The notes beneath the pieces were generated by a model. That model was not told the origin of the DNA and did not search any database. It saw nothing but the letters and a program-made list of their open reading frames with translations. The position numbers were made by a program, and so were the translations under genes. From an uncultured Paracoccus sp. (lineage in GTDB: Bacteria; Pseudomonadota; Alphaproteobacteria; Rhodobacterales; Rhodobacteraceae), in NCBI RefSeq assembly GCF_945915435.1, contig NZ_CAMEFG010000017.1, positions 1,852 to 65,851 of the forward strand: a stretch of DNA of 64,000 nt, in the 5' to 3' direction. The stretch's first letter is position 1, and each line of letters opens with the position of its first letter. Shown piece by piece: positions 20,591 to 32,294 of the stretch.

Positions 20591-21501
20591 AGCGCGTCCT
20601 CCACCATCCAGCGGCACAGATCGGCAAAGCCCATTCCCAGGACCGCCGCCTGCTCGGGCACGAGCGAGGTCGGCGTCATGCCCGGCTGCGTATTGGTTTC
20701 CAGCAGGAACAGCCCCGCCAGCCCGCGCGGCTCGTCCCAGCGGAAATCGGTGCGCGACACGCCCCGGCAGCCAAGCGCGCGATGGGCGCGCAGGGCATAA
20801 TCCAGACAGGCCGCCGCGATCTCGGCCGGAATATCCGCAGGGACGACATGGCGCGATCCGCCCGCCGTATATTTCGCGGCATAGTCATACCAGCCGTCGG
20901 TCACGATCTCGGTCACCGCCAGCGCGCGATCGCCCATGACGGTGGTGGTCAGTTCGCGCCCCGGCACATAGGTCTCGACCATGACCTGATCGGGCATCTC
21001 ATCGGAAAGCTGCGCGGGACCGTTCGCCCCCTCCTGCACGATATAGACCCCGACCGAGGACCCCTCGTCATTGGGCTTGACCACATAGGGCGGCGTCAAG
21101 GGGTGCGCGGTGCGCGCGGCATCGCGGGCGACGACGACGCTTTCGACGATCGGCAGGCCCGCCTCGCGATAGATCTGCTTGGCGCGGGTCTTGTCCATCG
21201 CCAGCGCCGAGGCCAGCAGGCCCGAATGCGTATATGGGATGCCCATCCATTCCAGCAGGCCCTGAACGCGGCCATCCTCGCCGAAACGGCCATGCAGGGC
21301 ATTGAAGCAGACATCCGGGCGCAATTCGGCCAGCCGCAGGGCAAGATCCCTGCCCGCGTCGATTTCCACGACCTCATAGCCCGCCTGCCGCAGCGCATTC
21401 GCGCACTCGCGCCCGGACGACAGGGATACCTCGCGCTCGGCCGAGAACCCTCCCATCAAGACTGCGACTTTCGGGGCCGTCCTGCTCGACCTGCCCGCCA
21501 C
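20578..21501 (-). CDS. ddl: D-alanine--D-alanine ligase
   Basis: [29 protein letters not shown]. Confidence 0.96.
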   Translation of the reverse strand: MAGRSSRTAPKVAVLMGGFSAEREVSLSSGRECANALRQAGYEVVEIDAGRDLALRLAELRPDVCFNALHGRFGEDGRVQGLLEWMGIPYTHSGLLASALAMDKTRAKQIYREAGLPIVESVVVARDAARTAHPLTPPYVVKPNDEGSSVGVYIVQEGANGPAQLSDEMPDQVMVETYVPGRELTTTVMGDRALAVTEIVTDGWYDYAAKYTAGGSRHVVPADIPAEIAAACLDYALRAHRALGCRGVSRTDFRWDEPRGLAGLFLLETNTQPGMTPTSLVPEQAAVLGMGFADLCRWMVEDALCTA

Positions 21502-21643
21502 GTTTCGCCTTTCACCCCTGTTTTCCAGGGCTTTTCAATCTTCTTCCGGGCAACCGGCCGCGGTTCGTTCCGCGATCCTGACCCGATTGGGCAAGTGTAG
21601 CGCCAAAGAGTCTGGCAAGAAAGGCCTATTTCCGAAAAAAGGA

Positions 21644-22576
21644 TTAACCGGCAAGGGCCGGCTCACCGACGCGAATCACCTCCCATTGCAGCAGGTGGCC
21701 GCTGGTCTGGCGGACCTTTTCGCGGACCAGCTCGCCAAGCGCCTCAAGGTCGGCGGCGGTGGCCGCGCCGGTGTTCAGCAGGAAGTTGGGATGCTTCTCG
21801 CTCATCTGCGCGCCGCCAAGCCGATGGCCGCGCAAACCGGCGGCGTCGATCAGGCTCCACGCCTTCAACTCATGGCTGTCATCGGCGCGCCCGGTCGAGG
21901 AAAACCCCGCCGGATTGCGGAAGGTCGATCCCGCCGTGCGCTCTTTCGTCGGCTGGCTGGCATCACGGCGGGCAAGCTGATCGGCCATCTTCGCGGCCAG
22001 CGCGGCCGGATCGCCACGTTCGGCGCGGAAGGTGGCCTGGGTCAGCACCCAGCCATCGGGCAATTCCGAATGGCGATAGGCAAGGCGCAGATCGCCCGGC
22101 GCCAGCACGACCTCGCGCCCGTCGCGGGTGACGGCCCGCGCCTCGACCAGATGGTCGGCGACATAGGAGCCATAGCATCCCGCATTCATCCGAACCGCCC
22201 CGCCTATCGCGCCGGGAATGGTGCGAAGGAAGGTCAGGTCCAACCCCTGTTCGGCAGCCTTGCGCGCGACATGCGCATCCAGCGCCGCCGCCCCGGCGAT
22301 CACACGATCACCGTCGAAGGCAATGCCGTTGAAGCCCCGCCCCAGCCGGATGACGACGCCGCGCATCCCACCGTCGCGCACGATCAGGTTCGACCCGACC
22401 CCGATCGGAAACACCGCGATCGCTGGGTCCAGGCCGTGCAGGAAATCGGCCAGATCGGCCACATCGGCAGGCTGAAACAGCCAATCGGCAGGTCCGCCCA
22501 CCCGCAGCCAGGTCAGGTCCGCAAGCGGGCGGTCGGCGGTCAATGCACCGCGAGGTGTCGGAATTCCATCATTCAT
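21644..22576 (-). CDS. murB: UDP-N-acetylmuramate dehydrogenase
   Basis: RVGGPA, GSNLIV, MNAGCYG, GSTFRNP, SEKHPNF. Confidence 0.96.
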   Translation of the reverse strand: MNDGIPTPRGALTADRPLADLTWLRVGGPADWLFQPADVADLADFLHGLDPAIAVFPIGVGSNLIVRDGGMRGVVIRLGRGFNGIAFDGDRVIAGAAALDAHVARKAAEQGLDLTFLRTIPGAIGGAVRMNAGCYGSYVADHLVEARAVTRDGREVVLAPGDLRLAYRHSELPDGWVLTQATFRAERGDPAALAAKMADQLARRDASQPTKERTAGSTFRNPAGFSSTGRADDSHELKAWSLIDAAGLRGHRLGGAQMSEKHPNFLLNTGAATAADLEALGELVREKVRQTSGHLLQWEVIRVGEPALAG

Positions 22577-22635
22577 GCACATCTCATATCAAAGCATGCC
22601 CCGGACCAGAAGAGCCATCCCGCCGCCCCTCCGCC

Positions 22636-22693
22636 GCGCCGCATGGGTATTTATGTGATAGAGAATTCGCTTTCTTCATCACCCAAATACCCA
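22636..22693. repeat. Dispersed imperfect palindrome (REP/REPIN-like), copy 2
   Basis: gcgccgcaTGGGTATTTatGTGATAGAGAAttcgctTTCTTCATCACccAAATACCCA; matches copy 1 at 11795-11855. Confidence 0.85.
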
Positions 22694-22757
22694 ATCCGGC
22701 CTTGCCAGCGGCGCAATCGCAGCAAGTTGCTGCGCCGCGCCGGGCAGCAGGCCCGTC

Positions 22758-23045
22758 TTATTCGGCGGCGGTGGGCGGGGCGCCGGGGCGGGCGGGCCGG
22801 TGCTTGCGGCGGGGCGACATGGGCGGCCAGTTCAACAGCCCCATCCCCAGCAGAAACCCCGCGACGCCGGCGCCCGGTCCCATGACATAGGTCAGCCAGC
22901 CAAGCATCGGCACGCCCATCGCCACCAGCGCCCAGAACAGCGGCACCTGCCAGCCGCGCGCGAAGGGAAGCAGGCAGGCCAGCAGCCCCCAGGCCAGCGC
23001 GATCAGCGTGACCGTGGCAAAGGGATGCGTGGCCAGCGCGGTCAT
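22758..23045 (-). CDS. Small membrane protein (DUF2484-like)
   Basis: Three hydrophobic segments, GVPMLGWLT...GP...WP; overlaps the murC stop; typical position between murC and murB. Confidence 0.65.
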   Translation of the reverse strand: MTALATHPFATVTLIALAWGLLACLLPFARGWQVPLFWALVAMGVPMLGWLTYVMGPGAGVAGFLLGMGLLNWPPMSPRRKHRPARPGAPPTAAE

Positions 23046-24469
23046 GCGGCGGCCTCTTGCAGGCGCGCGGGCAGGTTGTTGGCCCATGCCGAGATCGTCC
23101 CCGCGCCAAGGCAGACCACCATGTCGCCGGGCCGCGCCTGTTCGCGCACCAGCCGGGCAAGGTCGTCCTCGCTGATCACCGCGCGGGCGTGGCGGTGGCC
23201 GTGGGCGATCAGCCCGGCCACCAGGTCGTCGCGCGATGCGCCGGGGATGGGGTCTTCGCCTGCGCCATAGACCTCGGCGATGGCGACGACATCGGCCTCG
23301 TTGAAGCAGGTGCAGAAATCGTCGAAGAGACTTGCCAGCCGCGAATAGCGATGCGGCTGATGCACCGCGATGACGCGGCCTTTCGTGGCTTGCCGGGCCG
23401 CTTTCAGCACCGCCGCGATCTCGACCGGGTGGTGGCCGTAATCGTCGATGATGGTGACGCCGTCCACCTCGCCCACGCGGGTGAAGCGCCGCCCGACGCC
23501 CGCGAATTTCGCCAGCGCCTCGCGGATCTCGGACCGCTTCATGCCCAGGTGGCGGGCCACCGCCACGGCGGAAAGCGCGTTCGAGACGTTGTGGTCCCCC
23601 GGCATGGGCAGGGTGCAGCCTTCGATCAGGGGCACTTCGCCGTCGTTCAGTTCGGCTTCGCCTTGCAGGGCGATGTCGAAATGCGCCACGCCGTTTTCAT
23701 AGCGCAGGTTGATCGCGCGCACGTCGGCCTGCGCGTTGAAGCCGAAGGTCGTCACGCGGCGGTCTGTCAGCCGGCCGACCAGCGCCTGCACCTCGGGGTG
23801 GTCGGTGCAGCAGACCGCCAGCCCGTAGAAGGGGATCCCCGAGACGAAATCGTAAAACCCCTTGCGCAGCGCATCGAAGGAACCCCAATGCTCCATATGT
23901 TCGGGGTCGATATTGGTCACGATGGCGATGGTCGCAGGCAGGCGGTTGAAGGAGCCGTCGCTTTCATCCGCCTCGACCACCATCCACTCGCCCGCACCGG
24001 CGCGCGCGTTGGAGCCATAGGCGTGGATCACGCCGCCGTTGATCACGGTGGGGTCCAGCCCGCCCGCATCCAGGAGCGTCGCCACCATCGTCGTGGTCGT
24101 GGTCTTGCCGTGGGTGCCCGCGATGGCCACATTGGATTTCAGCCGCATCAGTTCGGCCAGCATCTCGGCGCGGCGCACGACGGGCAGGCCGCGGCGGCGG
24201 GCTTCCTCCAGTTCGGGGTTGCCCTTCCTGATCGCGGTCGAGATGACGACCACCCCCGCCTCGCCGATATTCTCGGCGCGCTGGCCCTCGAAGATGCGGG
24301 CGCCCAGGCTTTCCAGCCGGTCGGTGATCTTCGAGCGTTTCGCATCCGACCCCTGCACGTCGTAGCCCAGCGTCATCAGCACCTCGGCGATGCCGGACAT
24401 GCCGATGCCGCCGATGCCGATGAAATGGATCGGGCCGAGTTCGCCGGGAAGTTTGGTCGCTGCGTTCAT
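23042..24469 (-). CDS. murC: UDP-N-acetylmuramate--L-alanine ligase
   Basis: [34 protein letters not shown]. Confidence 0.97.
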   Translation of the reverse strand: MNAATKLPGELGPIHFIGIGGIGMSGIAEVLMTLGYDVQGSDAKRSKITDRLESLGARIFEGQRAENIGEAGVVVISTAIRKGNPELEEARRRGLPVVRRAEMLAELMRLKSNVAIAGTHGKTTTTTMVATLLDAGGLDPTVINGGVIHAYGSNARAGAGEWMVVEADESDGSFNRLPATIAIVTNIDPEHMEHWGSFDALRKGFYDFVSGIPFYGLAVCCTDHPEVQALVGRLTDRRVTTFGFNAQADVRAINLRYENGVAHFDIALQGEAELNDGEVPLIEGCTLPMPGDHNVSNALSAVAVARHLGMKRSEIREALAKFAGVGRRFTRVGEVDGVTIIDDYGHHPVEIAAVLKAARQATKGRVIAVHQPHRYSRLASLFDDFCTCFNEADVVAIAEVYGAGEDPIPGASRDDLVAGLIAHGHRHARAVISEDDLARLVREQARPGDMVVCLGAGTISAWANNLPARLQEAAA

Positions 24470-25554
24470 CGGGTCAGTTCCGTCACTAGATCTGCAAGGG
24501 TGGCCGCTGCATCGGGGCGGCCCAGCGAAAGCGCGCTGGCGGCCATCTGGCTTGCGCGTCCGTCATCGGACAGGATCGCACGGATGTCGCGCCTGAGGCT
24601 GGTTTCGTCAAGGATGGATTCGGGCAGCACGATCGCGGCATTGGCATCCGACAGCGCACGGGCGTTGGCGCTTTGGTGATCGCCCGTCGCGGCGGCATAG
24701 GGAATGAGGATCGCGGGGCGGCCCACCGCCGTGATATCCGCGATGGACGAGGCGCCCGCGCGGCTGATCACCATCTGGCAATCGGCCAGACGCTGCGGAA
24801 CGTCGTCGAAGAAGGGGCGCACCTCGGCCATGATGCCCGCATCGGCATAGGTGGCGGCGACGCGCTCGGCATCCTCAGGGCGGGCCTGATGGCTGACGCG
24901 CAGCCGGGCACGCAATTCGTCGGGCAGGCCGGTGACGGCGGCGGGAACGGTGTCGGACAGGATGCGTGCGCCCTGGCTGCCGCCGATGACCAGCAGGTTC
25001 AGCGCGCCGTCGGGTCCGGGTGGGACATAGGGTGCGGCGGCCTGCGCGGCGACGGCGGCGCGGATCGGGTTGCCGGTATGGACGCTGCGCACGCCGTCCG
25101 GCGCGTCGGTGGGCCAGATGCCGCAGGCGACCAGATCGACCCGCCGCGCAAAGGCCCGGTTGACGCGGCCCATCACGCCGTTCTGTTCATGGATCATGCG
25201 CGGGATGCCCAGTGCCACCGCGGCCGCCATTGCCGGGATCGTGGGATAGCCGCCGAAGCCCACCACGACGGCGGGCCGGTCGGCCTTCATCGCCCCCCTG
25301 GCCGTCAGCACGCCCGAGGCGATGCGCAAGGGCAGCACCAGCCGCGCGGCCACGCCGCCGCGTGCGGTGGTGGCGGACTGGACGACCTCGCGCGCGACCT
25401 CGGGCGGGAAGGCGCCCGCATAGCGCGCGCCGCGTTCGTCGGTGGACAGCTTGACGCGCCAGCCGCGCGCCAGCAGCTCCTCGGCCAGGGCCTGGGCGGG
25501 AAACATGTGCCCGCCGGTCCCCCCGGCGGCGATGATGCAAAGCGGCACGGGCAT
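24466..25554 (-). CDS. murG: Lipid I GlcNAc transferase
   Basis: GGTGGH, GFGGY, HEQN, GGSQGA, SRAGASS. Confidence 0.96.
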   Translation of the reverse strand: MPVPLCIIAAGGTGGHMFPAQALAEELLARGWRVKLSTDERGARYAGAFPPEVAREVVQSATTARGGVAARLVLPLRIASGVLTARGAMKADRPAVVVGFGGYPTIPAMAAAVALGIPRMIHEQNGVMGRVNRAFARRVDLVACGIWPTDAPDGVRSVHTGNPIRAAVAAQAAAPYVPPGPDGALNLLVIGGSQGARILSDTVPAAVTGLPDELRARLRVSHQARPEDAERVAATYADAGIMAEVRPFFDDVPQRLADCQMVISRAGASSIADITAVGRPAILIPYAAATGDHQSANARALSDANAAIVLPESILDETSLRRDIRAILSDDGRASQMAASALSLGRPDAAATLADLVTELTR

Positions 25555-26717
25555 CAGCGGCCCCGTCCCAGGATGTCGCCGATATCGCCTTGCGGACGCG
25601 AGCGGGTCAGCGCCAGCAGCATCCCCACCGCGATCCCCGAGGCGATCACCGACGAGCCGCCATAGCTGACGAAGGGCAGCGTCATCCCCTTGGCGGGCAG
25701 AAGCCGCACGGCCACGCCCATGTTGATCAGCGCCTGCACGCCAAAGGCGCAGGCCAGCCCCGTCCCCGCGATCCGGGTGAAGGGATCGCGTTCGCGCAGA
25801 AGCCGCGTCAGCGAACGAAAGACGATGGTGCAGTAAAGCGCGATGATCACCAGCACCATGATCAGCCCGTATTCCTCGGCCGCGACGGCGATGATGAAAT
25901 CGGTATGCGCGTCGGGCAGCGACCATTTCACGGTCCCCTCGCCCACGCCGACGCCGAAGAAGCCGCCTTCCTGGATGGCATTGGCGGCATAGCCAAGCTG
26001 GGTGCGCGGATCGACCTCGGCGGTCAGGAAGCCGTCGATGCGGCGGGCGAAATGCTCGGACGCGCCATAGGCGAAGATCCCGCCCATCGCGGCGATGCCA
26101 AGCACGGTCAGCAGCAGCGTCATCGGCGCACCGGCGATGAAATACATCACGCACCACGAAAACAGCACCAGCGCGGCCTGCCCGAAATCGGGCTGCAAGG
26201 CCAGCAGGACGACCACGAAAACCGCAAGGACAAAGGAATAGAACCGGCCCGGCGGTCCCCCGATCTCATCCGCCGAGGCAAGGAACCATGCGCAGATCGC
26301 GACGAAGCCGGGCTTGAGGAACTCGGACGGCTGGACCGAGGCGAAGCCGAAGCTGAGCCAGCGCACCGCGCCCTTGCCGAAATCCGTTCCGATGAAGGGC
26401 AGCGCCAGCAGGGCCAGCATCGCCGCGGCAAAGCCCAGCACCCCCAGCCTGCGGACATTGCGCGGCGAGAAGGTCGAGATGACCAGCATCACCGCCAGCG
26501 CCACGCCGCCGAAGAAAAGCTGGCGGCTGACATAGTAGAACTGCGGCAGGTTGTGCCTTTCGGCCAGCGGCACCGAGGCGGCCAGCGCCAGCAGCAGCCC
26601 CATGCCGAACAGGCCAAGCACGCAGGCCAGCGCCCATCTGTCCACGGTCCGCCACCAGCGCGGAAGAATAGGATCGCCCACCCGAACAGGCGTGGCCCCG
26701 AAGACCATCTCTGTCAT
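25554..26717 (-). CDS. ftsW: SEDS peptidoglycan polymerase FtsW
   Basis: [30 protein letters not shown]. Confidence 0.95.
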   Translation of the reverse strand: MTEMVFGATPVRVGDPILPRWWRTVDRWALACVLGLFGMGLLLALAASVPLAERHNLPQFYYVSRQLFFGGVALAVMLVISTFSPRNVRRLGVLGFAAAMLALLALPFIGTDFGKGAVRWLSFGFASVQPSEFLKPGFVAICAWFLASADEIGGPPGRFYSFVLAVFVVVLLALQPDFGQAALVLFSWCVMYFIAGAPMTLLLTVLGIAAMGGIFAYGASEHFARRIDGFLTAEVDPRTQLGYAANAIQEGGFFGVGVGEGTVKWSLPDAHTDFIIAVAAEEYGLIMVLVIIALYCTIVFRSLTRLLRERDPFTRIAGTGLACAFGVQALINMGVAVRLLPAKGMTLPFVSYGGSSVIASGIAVGMLLALTRSRPQGDIGDILGRGR

Positions 26718-26935
26718 GGAATACCGCCGTCACTGCCTCTGCATTGCCCGTTTTCCGGGTCTGTCGGGGATCATAGCGCGATTGCGCGCACCGCGCTACC
26801 GCCGATTTGCGATCGGCGGCGCTTTTGCGATCACGTTTGCGCGGCGCCCGGCGCGGGCTTGCCCCTTCCAACTGGCGCGCGGGCGGATTACCTATCGCGG
26901 CGACAAGGGCGCATCGTGGTGAAGGAACGGGCGGG

Positions 26936-27799
26936 ATGATCTACGAAACCGGAAAGGCATGGCTGGAAAGCCCGCGCCGCCGCGTGCTGTTCTTCGGCAT
27001 GTCGGGCCTTGGCAAGACCTATCTTGCGACCATGCTGCGCCAGTCGGGCGACTGGTTCCACTATTCCATCGACTACCGCATCGGCACCCGCTACATGGGC
27101 GAGTTGATCGCCGACAACTTCAAGCGCGAGGCGATGAAGGTCCCCTTCCTGCGCGAATTGCTGATGTCGGATTCGGTCTATATCGCCAGCAACATCACGT
27201 TCGAGAACCTGGCGCCGCTGTCCACCTACCTGGGCAAGCCCGGCAGCATCACGCGCGGGGGCCTGCCCTTTCGCGAATACATGCGCCGCCAGAACCAGCA
27301 CCGCGCCGCCGAGATCTCGGCGCTTCTGGACACGCGCCACTTCATCCAGCGCGCGCGGGAGCTTTACGGGATCGAGCATTTCGTCTGCGATTCAGGCGGC
27401 TCGATCTGCGAGGTGGTAGACCCGTTCGCCGAAAGCGATCCCGTGCTGGATGCGCTGGAACAGGACCTGCTGCTGGTCTGGATCAAGGGATCGGACGAAC
27501 ATACCGCGGAACTGGTGCGCCGCTTCGACCGCGCGCCCAAGCCGATGTATTACCAGCCCGAATTCCTGGAACGGGCCTGGACCGATTACCGCGTCGAAAA
27601 CGGCTTGACCGAAGAGCAGGTCAACCCCGACGACTTCATCCGCTGGACCTATGCCCGCGCGCTGGCCCACCGCCAGCCGCGCTACCAGGCGATGGCCCGG
27701 CGCGGCGTCACGCTGCTGGCCAGCGAGGTTGCCGAAATCGGGACGCCGGACGCGCTGATCCGGCTGATCGCAAGGGCCATAGACAGAAAGGAAAGCTGA
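26936..27799 (+). CDS. Uncharacterised P-loop NTPase (kinase-like)
   Basis: Walker A GMSGLGKT near the N-terminus, [18 protein letters not shown]; TGATG overlap with metA. Confidence 0.8.
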   Translation: MIYETGKAWLESPRRRVLFFGMSGLGKTYLATMLRQSGDWFHYSIDYRIGTRYMGELIADNFKREAMKVPFLRELLMSDSVYIASNITFENLAPLSTYLGKPGSITRGGLPFREYMRRQNQHRAAEISALLDTRHFIQRARELYGIEHFVCDSGGSICEVVDPFAESDPVLDALEQDLLLVWIKGSDEHTAELVRRFDRAPKPMYYQPEFLERAWTDYRVENGLTEEQVNPDDFIRWTYARALAHRQPRYQAMARRGVTLLASEVAEIGTPDALIRLIARAIDRKES

Positions 27800-28722
27800 T
27801 GCCCATCACCCTGCCGAACGACCTGCCCGCCTTCGATATCCTGTCGAACGAAGGCGTCATGGTCATGTCGCCGGGCCGGGCAGCCCAGCAGGACATCCGG
27901 CCCCTGCGCATCGGTTTGCTGAACCTGATGCCGAAAAAGATCCAGACCGAGAACCAGTTTGCCCGGCTGATCGGCGCGACGCCCCTGCAGATCGACTTTC
28001 ACCTGATCCGCATGAGCGATCACGAAAGCCGCAACACCGCCGCCGATCACATGGCCGCCTTCTACCGCACCTTCCGCGAGGTCGAGGCGACGGGCGAGAA
28101 ATTCGACGGCCTGCTCATCACCGGCGCCCCGGTCGAACACCTGCCCTTCGAGCAGGTCACCTATTGGGACGAATTGCGCCGCGTCTTCGACTGGACGCAG
28201 ACCCACGTCCATTCCACCTTCGGCGTCTGCTGGGGCGGCATGGCGATGGCCTGGCATTTCAACGGCCTGCCCAAGCACATGCTGACGGAAAAGCTGTTCG
28301 GCTGCTTCCGGCACGACAATCTCGCGCCCTCCAGCCACTATCTGCGCGGCTTTTCCGACGACGTGCTGGTGCCCGTCAGCCGCTGGACCGAGGTGCGCCA
28401 GCCCGAGGTGGACGCCATCCCCGGCCTGACCACGCTGATCGCCTCGAAACAGGCCGGGCCTTGCCTGGTCGAGGACGCGGGCCACCGCGCGCTTTATGTC
28501 TTCAACCACTTCGAATACGACAGCACGACGCTGAAGGACGAATACGACCGCGACGTGGCGGCGGGCAAGCCGATCAGCGTGCCGGTGAACTACTACCCCG
28601 ACGACGATCCCGCGCGCACGCCCACGAACCGCTGGCGCAGCCACGCCCATCTGCTTTACGGCAACTGGATCAACGAGATCTACCAGACCACCCATTACGA
28701 CATGGCCAAGATCGGAACCTGA
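27799..28722 (+). CDS. metA: Homoserine O-acyltransferase (MetA family, probably acetyl-specific)
   Basis: [14 protein letters not shown] (Glu at the specificity position), CWG nucleophile, HFEYD, WRSHA. Confidence 0.93.
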   Translation: MPITLPNDLPAFDILSNEGVMVMSPGRAAQQDIRPLRIGLLNLMPKKIQTENQFARLIGATPLQIDFHLIRMSDHESRNTAADHMAAFYRTFREVEATGEKFDGLLITGAPVEHLPFEQVTYWDELRRVFDWTQTHVHSTFGVCWGGMAMAWHFNGLPKHMLTEKLFGCFRHDNLAPSSHYLRGFSDDVLVPVSRWTEVRQPEVDAIPGLTTLIASKQAGPCLVEDAGHRALYVFNHFEYDSTTLKDEYDRDVAAGKPISVPVNYYPDDDPARTPTNRWRSHAHLLYGNWINEIYQTTHYDMAKIGT

Positions 28723-28806
28723 GCGGACAAGACGCGAAGCCGCTTGCCGGACGGCCCGCGCGCGGGTAGCGTCCGGCAGGAAGCCCCCGTTGAGAAAGCA
28801 CCCGCC

Positions 28807-29847
28807 ATGTCCCTTCTGCGCTCGACCGCCATCATGATCGCCCTGCCCGCCGCGGCCCTTGCCGCCGACCCGGAACTGACCGTCTTCGACTGGGCCGGTT
28901 TCGAGGAACCCGACATCTTCCGCGGCTATATCGAGCAGCACGGCCAAGGCCCCAGCTTCGCCTTCTACGGCGACGACGACGAGGCGTTCCAGAAACTCGC
29001 CTCGGGCTTTCGCGCCGATGTGGCGCATCCCTGTTCGCAGATGGTGTCGAAATACCGCGACGCCGGGCTGATCGAGCCGTGGGACACCAGCCGCATCCCC
29101 GCCTTCGACAGCATCGACGAGCGTTTCCTGGATTCCGAGATCTTCCGCGACAGCGAAGGCGTCTGGTATATCCCCGTCGATTGGGGCGCCGCCGCCATCG
29201 CCTACAACACCGACACCGTCCCGGTCGAGGACGTGGCGACGTTGCAGGTCTTCGTCGATCCGAAATATCAGGGCCGCACCTCGCTGCCCGACAGTTCGGA
29301 CGATGTCTGGGCGCTGGCCTATCTGGCGACCGGCACCACCGACTGGGAGGACGTGACCGAAGAACAGTTCCAGGCCGCCGCCGACTGGCTGCGCGAGGCG
29401 CATCAGAACGTCGTCGCCTATTGGGCCGATCCGGCGGAACAGGCGCAACTGATGGCCTCGGGCGCGGTGGACGTCACATGGTCGTGGAACGACGTCCTGT
29501 CGATCCTTCAGAACGACGGCTATCCGGTGGGCTTCCAGCGCGAGCCGGCGGAAGGTTCATCGACCTTCTTCTGCGGCTTCGTGAACCTGAAGAACGGCCC
29601 CGGCAGCGAAGACAAGACCTATGACTTCATCAACGCCTGGATGGAGCCGCGCTCGGCCAAGGGCCTGCTCGACACCATCGGCTACGGCCATACCTCGACC
29701 GTGGCGATGGAAACGATCGCCGACGAACCCGCCGTGCAACTGGGCCTGTCCGACATCGACGCCCCGGTTCTGGCGCAAACCCCCAACGACCCCGCCCAAC
29801 GCGAACGCCAGCTTGCCGAGTTCGAGCGGATCAAGGCCGGTTTCTGA
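28807..29847 (+). CDS. ABC substrate-binding protein, PotD/PotF (polyamine)-like, orphan
   Basis: Signal peptide, LTVFDWAG, PVDWG..IAYN, acidic surface; no permease or ATPase genes adjacent. Confidence 0.78.
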   Translation: MSLLRSTAIMIALPAAALAADPELTVFDWAGFEEPDIFRGYIEQHGQGPSFAFYGDDDEAFQKLASGFRADVAHPCSQMVSKYRDAGLIEPWDTSRIPAFDSIDERFLDSEIFRDSEGVWYIPVDWGAAAIAYNTDTVPVEDVATLQVFVDPKYQGRTSLPDSSDDVWALAYLATGTTDWEDVTEEQFQAAADWLREAHQNVVAYWADPAEQAQLMASGAVDVTWSWNDVLSILQNDGYPVGFQREPAEGSSTFFCGFVNLKNGPGSEDKTYDFINAWMEPRSAKGLLDTIGYGHTSTVAMETIADEPAVQLGLSDIDAPVLAQTPNDPAQRERQLAEFERIKAGF

Positions 29848-29883
29848 TCCGGCCTGCGGGCGGGGGCATGGGGCGGCAACCCC

Positions 29884-29912
29884 TTGTCACGCCGCCCGCC
29901 CGGCCCTATATT
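29884..29912 (+). promoter_or_regulatory. Sigma70-type promoter of ssrA
   Basis: TTGTCA-N17-TATATT immediately upstream of the tmRNA acceptor piece. Confidence 0.75.
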
Positions 29913-29921
29913 CGGATTGTT

Positions 29922-30235
29922 CGGGTTCGCCCGGACTATGGACATAAACGCGCATGTAATAAGCGGATCGGACCCGGGGGCGGTACCCGGCGGCTCCACC
30001 AGATCGCCTTCGTTGGGGGAACATGGGGCCGAAACAGGATCGACGAACGTCTAAAGATGTTTGCTTTGTCCCGGTGAGCTACCACCGATATCGGTGCAAA
30101 TTGTACAGTTGCCAACGACAACCGTGCTCCGGTCGCTCTGGCTGCGTAAGCAGCTCGGGTAACCGAAACCTAACTCCTTGCGCTTAGCAGCGTAAGGCGG
30201 GGCCCGCAGGAGCCTTGCAACAGAATCCTGCACCT
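29922..30235 (+). ncRNA. ssrA: Circularly permuted two-piece tmRNA (outer ends approximate)
   Basis: T-arm and CTCCACCA end at 30001; intervening segment; GGGGCCGAAACAGGATCGAC 5' end at 30025; tag frame 30111-30149 encodes ANDNRAPVALAA*. Confidence 0.95.
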
Positions 30236-30316
30236 TCTCCCCCAAATCGCGGCCCGGTCTATTCCCGTCACGGGAAATCTTGGCTATTCGGGGTGCGCAA
30301 ACGAATGGGGATCGCC

Positions 30317-31582
30317 ATGAACGACAATCGGGATGCCGATGCGCTGATCGCGGATATGGGCGCGCAGGCGCGCGAGGCCGCCGCCGTGCTGGCCGAAACC
30401 GGGGCCGAGCGCAAGCACGCCGCACTGATCGGCGCCGCCCATGCGATGCAGGCCGCCGAGGGCAGGATTCTGGACGCCAATGCCGAAGATCTGGTCTACG
30501 CCGAGGAAAAGGGCCTCTCGCCCGCGATGATCGACCGGCTGACGCTGGACAGCACCCGCATCCGCGCCATTGCCGACGGGCTGCGCGCCATCGCCGAACA
30601 GGCCGATCCGGTGGGCCGGGTGCTGGCCGAATGGGACCGCCCCAACGGGCTGCACATCCAGCGCGTCGCGACCCCGCTTGGCGTGATCGGCGTGATCTAT
30701 GAAAGCCGCCCGAACGTCACCGCCGATGCCGCCGCGCTGGCGCTGAAGGCAGGCAATGCGGTGATCCTGCGGGGGGGGTCGGACAGCCTGAACTCATCGG
30801 CTGCGATCCATGCCTGCATGGTGCAGGGCCTGCGCGAGGCGGGCCTGCCCGAGACCGCTATCCAGATGGTGCCGACCCGCGACCGCGCCGTGGTCGATGC
30901 GATGCTGCGCGCGCAGGGGCTGATCGACGTCATCATTCCGCGCGGCGGCAAGGGCCTTGTCGGGCGCGTGCAGGCCGAGGCGCGGGTGCCCGTCTTTTCC
31001 CACCTTGAAGGGGTCTGCCATATCTACGCCGACCGCGACGCCGACCTGGAAAAGGCGCGGCGCGTGATGCTGAACGCCAAGACGCGGCGCACCGGCATCT
31101 GCGGCGCGGCGGAAACGCTGCTGATCGACTGGCAGTTCTATACCAAACACGGCCCCGTGCTGATCGAGGACCTGCTGAAGGCCGGTGTCGAAGTCCGGGC
31201 CGAGGGCGAGCTTGCCCGCATCCCCGGCACCACCCCCGCCCATCCCGAGGATTTCGGGTGCGAGTTCCTGGACATGATCATCGCCGCCCGCCTGGTCGAT
31301 GGCGTGGACGAGGCGATCGCGCATATCCGCCGCCACGGCTCGGGCCATACCGAGGCGATCCTGACCGAAAACGACGCCACCGCCGAGCGGTTCTTCAAGC
31401 GGCTGGACAGCGCGATCCTGATGCGCAACGCCTCGACCCAATTCGCCGACGGGGGAGAGTTCGGCATGGGCGGCGAGATCGGCATCGCCACCGGCAAGAT
31501 GCACGCGCGCGGCCCGGTCGGGGCCGAGCAACTGACCAGCTTCAAATATCTGGTCACCGGCGACGGCACCACGCGGGTATAG
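30317..31582 (+). CDS. proA: Gamma-glutamyl phosphate reductase
   Basis: [55 protein letters not shown]. Confidence 0.96.
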   Translation: MNDNRDADALIADMGAQAREAAAVLAETGAERKHAALIGAAHAMQAAEGRILDANAEDLVYAEEKGLSPAMIDRLTLDSTRIRAIADGLRAIAEQADPVGRVLAEWDRPNGLHIQRVATPLGVIGVIYESRPNVTADAAALALKAGNAVILRGGSDSLNSSAAIHACMVQGLREAGLPETAIQMVPTRDRAVVDAMLRAQGLIDVIIPRGGKGLVGRVQAEARVPVFSHLEGVCHIYADRDADLEKARRVMLNAKTRRTGICGAAETLLIDWQFYTKHGPVLIEDLLKAGVEVRAEGELARIPGTTPAHPEDFGCEFLDMIIAARLVDGVDEAIAHIRRHGSGHTEAILTENDATAERFFKRLDSAILMRNASTQFADGGEFGMGGEIGIATGKMHARGPVGAEQLTSFKYLVTGDGTTRV

Positions 31583-31591
31583 GCCCGCCCG

Positions 31592-32293
31592 TCAGCCCCC
31601 GCCTTTTCCATGCCGCGCCCGCGACCGCCGGTAATCGCGCATCAGCGCGGCGCGGCGCGGGCGGAAGCTTTCGCCCGCGGGCGCAAGCGCGTGGATGCGG
31701 TTGACGTGAAAGACCCGGAAATCCATCCGCAAGCGGCACATCGCCAGAAGCATCAGCGAGCGGTCGGTATAGGACAGGCCGAGCGGCCAGATGACGCGCC
31801 GCGAGACCGCACCCCCAAGATCGGTATAGCCGATCCGCACCGCTTGTTCGTTCCAGCAGGCATCGCGCAGGATCGCCAGATCGACCTGCGGCGGATCGCG
31901 TTCGGGCGGCGGGCCGAAGCTGTGCGTGATCGCGTGCAGCGCCTGCTGCGACTGGTGCCCGGGCAGGGTCGCGACGATGCGGGCAAGGGCCGCGCGCCCC
32001 GCCTCGACCATCTCGCCGTCGCCGATCCGGTCGAGGGCCTGCACGGCCAGCAGCAAAGCCTCGATCTCCAGCCGCGAGAAACTTTGCGGTGGCAGGGCCG
32101 GGTCTTCGGTCAGCGTATAGCCCAGCCCCGCCTCGCCGTCGATCAGGGCGCCGCCCGCGCGCAGGGTGGCGATGTCGCGGTAAAGCTGGCGCGGCGAAAC
32201 GCCGGTTTCCGCCGCCAGCCGCATAGCCGTGACCGGCGCGGGCAGGCGGCGCAGCAGGTCCATCAGACGCATCAGCCGGTCGGTCCGGGCCAT
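31592..32293 (-). CDS. YafY-like HTH-WYL transcriptional regulator
   Basis: wHTH VSPRQLYRDIATL...GEAGLGY; WYL domain SRRVIWPLGL...CRLRMDFRVFHVNRI. Confidence 0.9.
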   Translation of the reverse strand: MARTDRLMRLMDLLRRLPAPVTAMRLAAETGVSPRQLYRDIATLRAGGALIDGEAGLGYTLTEDPALPPQSFSRLEIEALLLAVQALDRIGDGEMVEAGRAALARIVATLPGHQSQQALHAITHSFGPPPERDPPQVDLAILRDACWNEQAVRIGYTDLGGAVSRRVIWPLGLSYTDRSLMLLAMCRLRMDFRVFHVNRIHALAPAGESFRPRRAALMRDYRRSRARHGKGGG

Positions 32294-32294
32294 C

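Noticed and set aside
11795-22693. The two palindromes as a CRISPR array or as ends of a composite transposon
   Set aside because: Only two distant copies, no spacers or cas genes, and the enclosed DNA is essential division genes with no transposase.
31592-32293. WYL gene as a marker of an anti-phage island beside tmRNA
   Set aside because: Neighbours are proA, a GST and a transporter with host-like GC; no defence or mobility genes.
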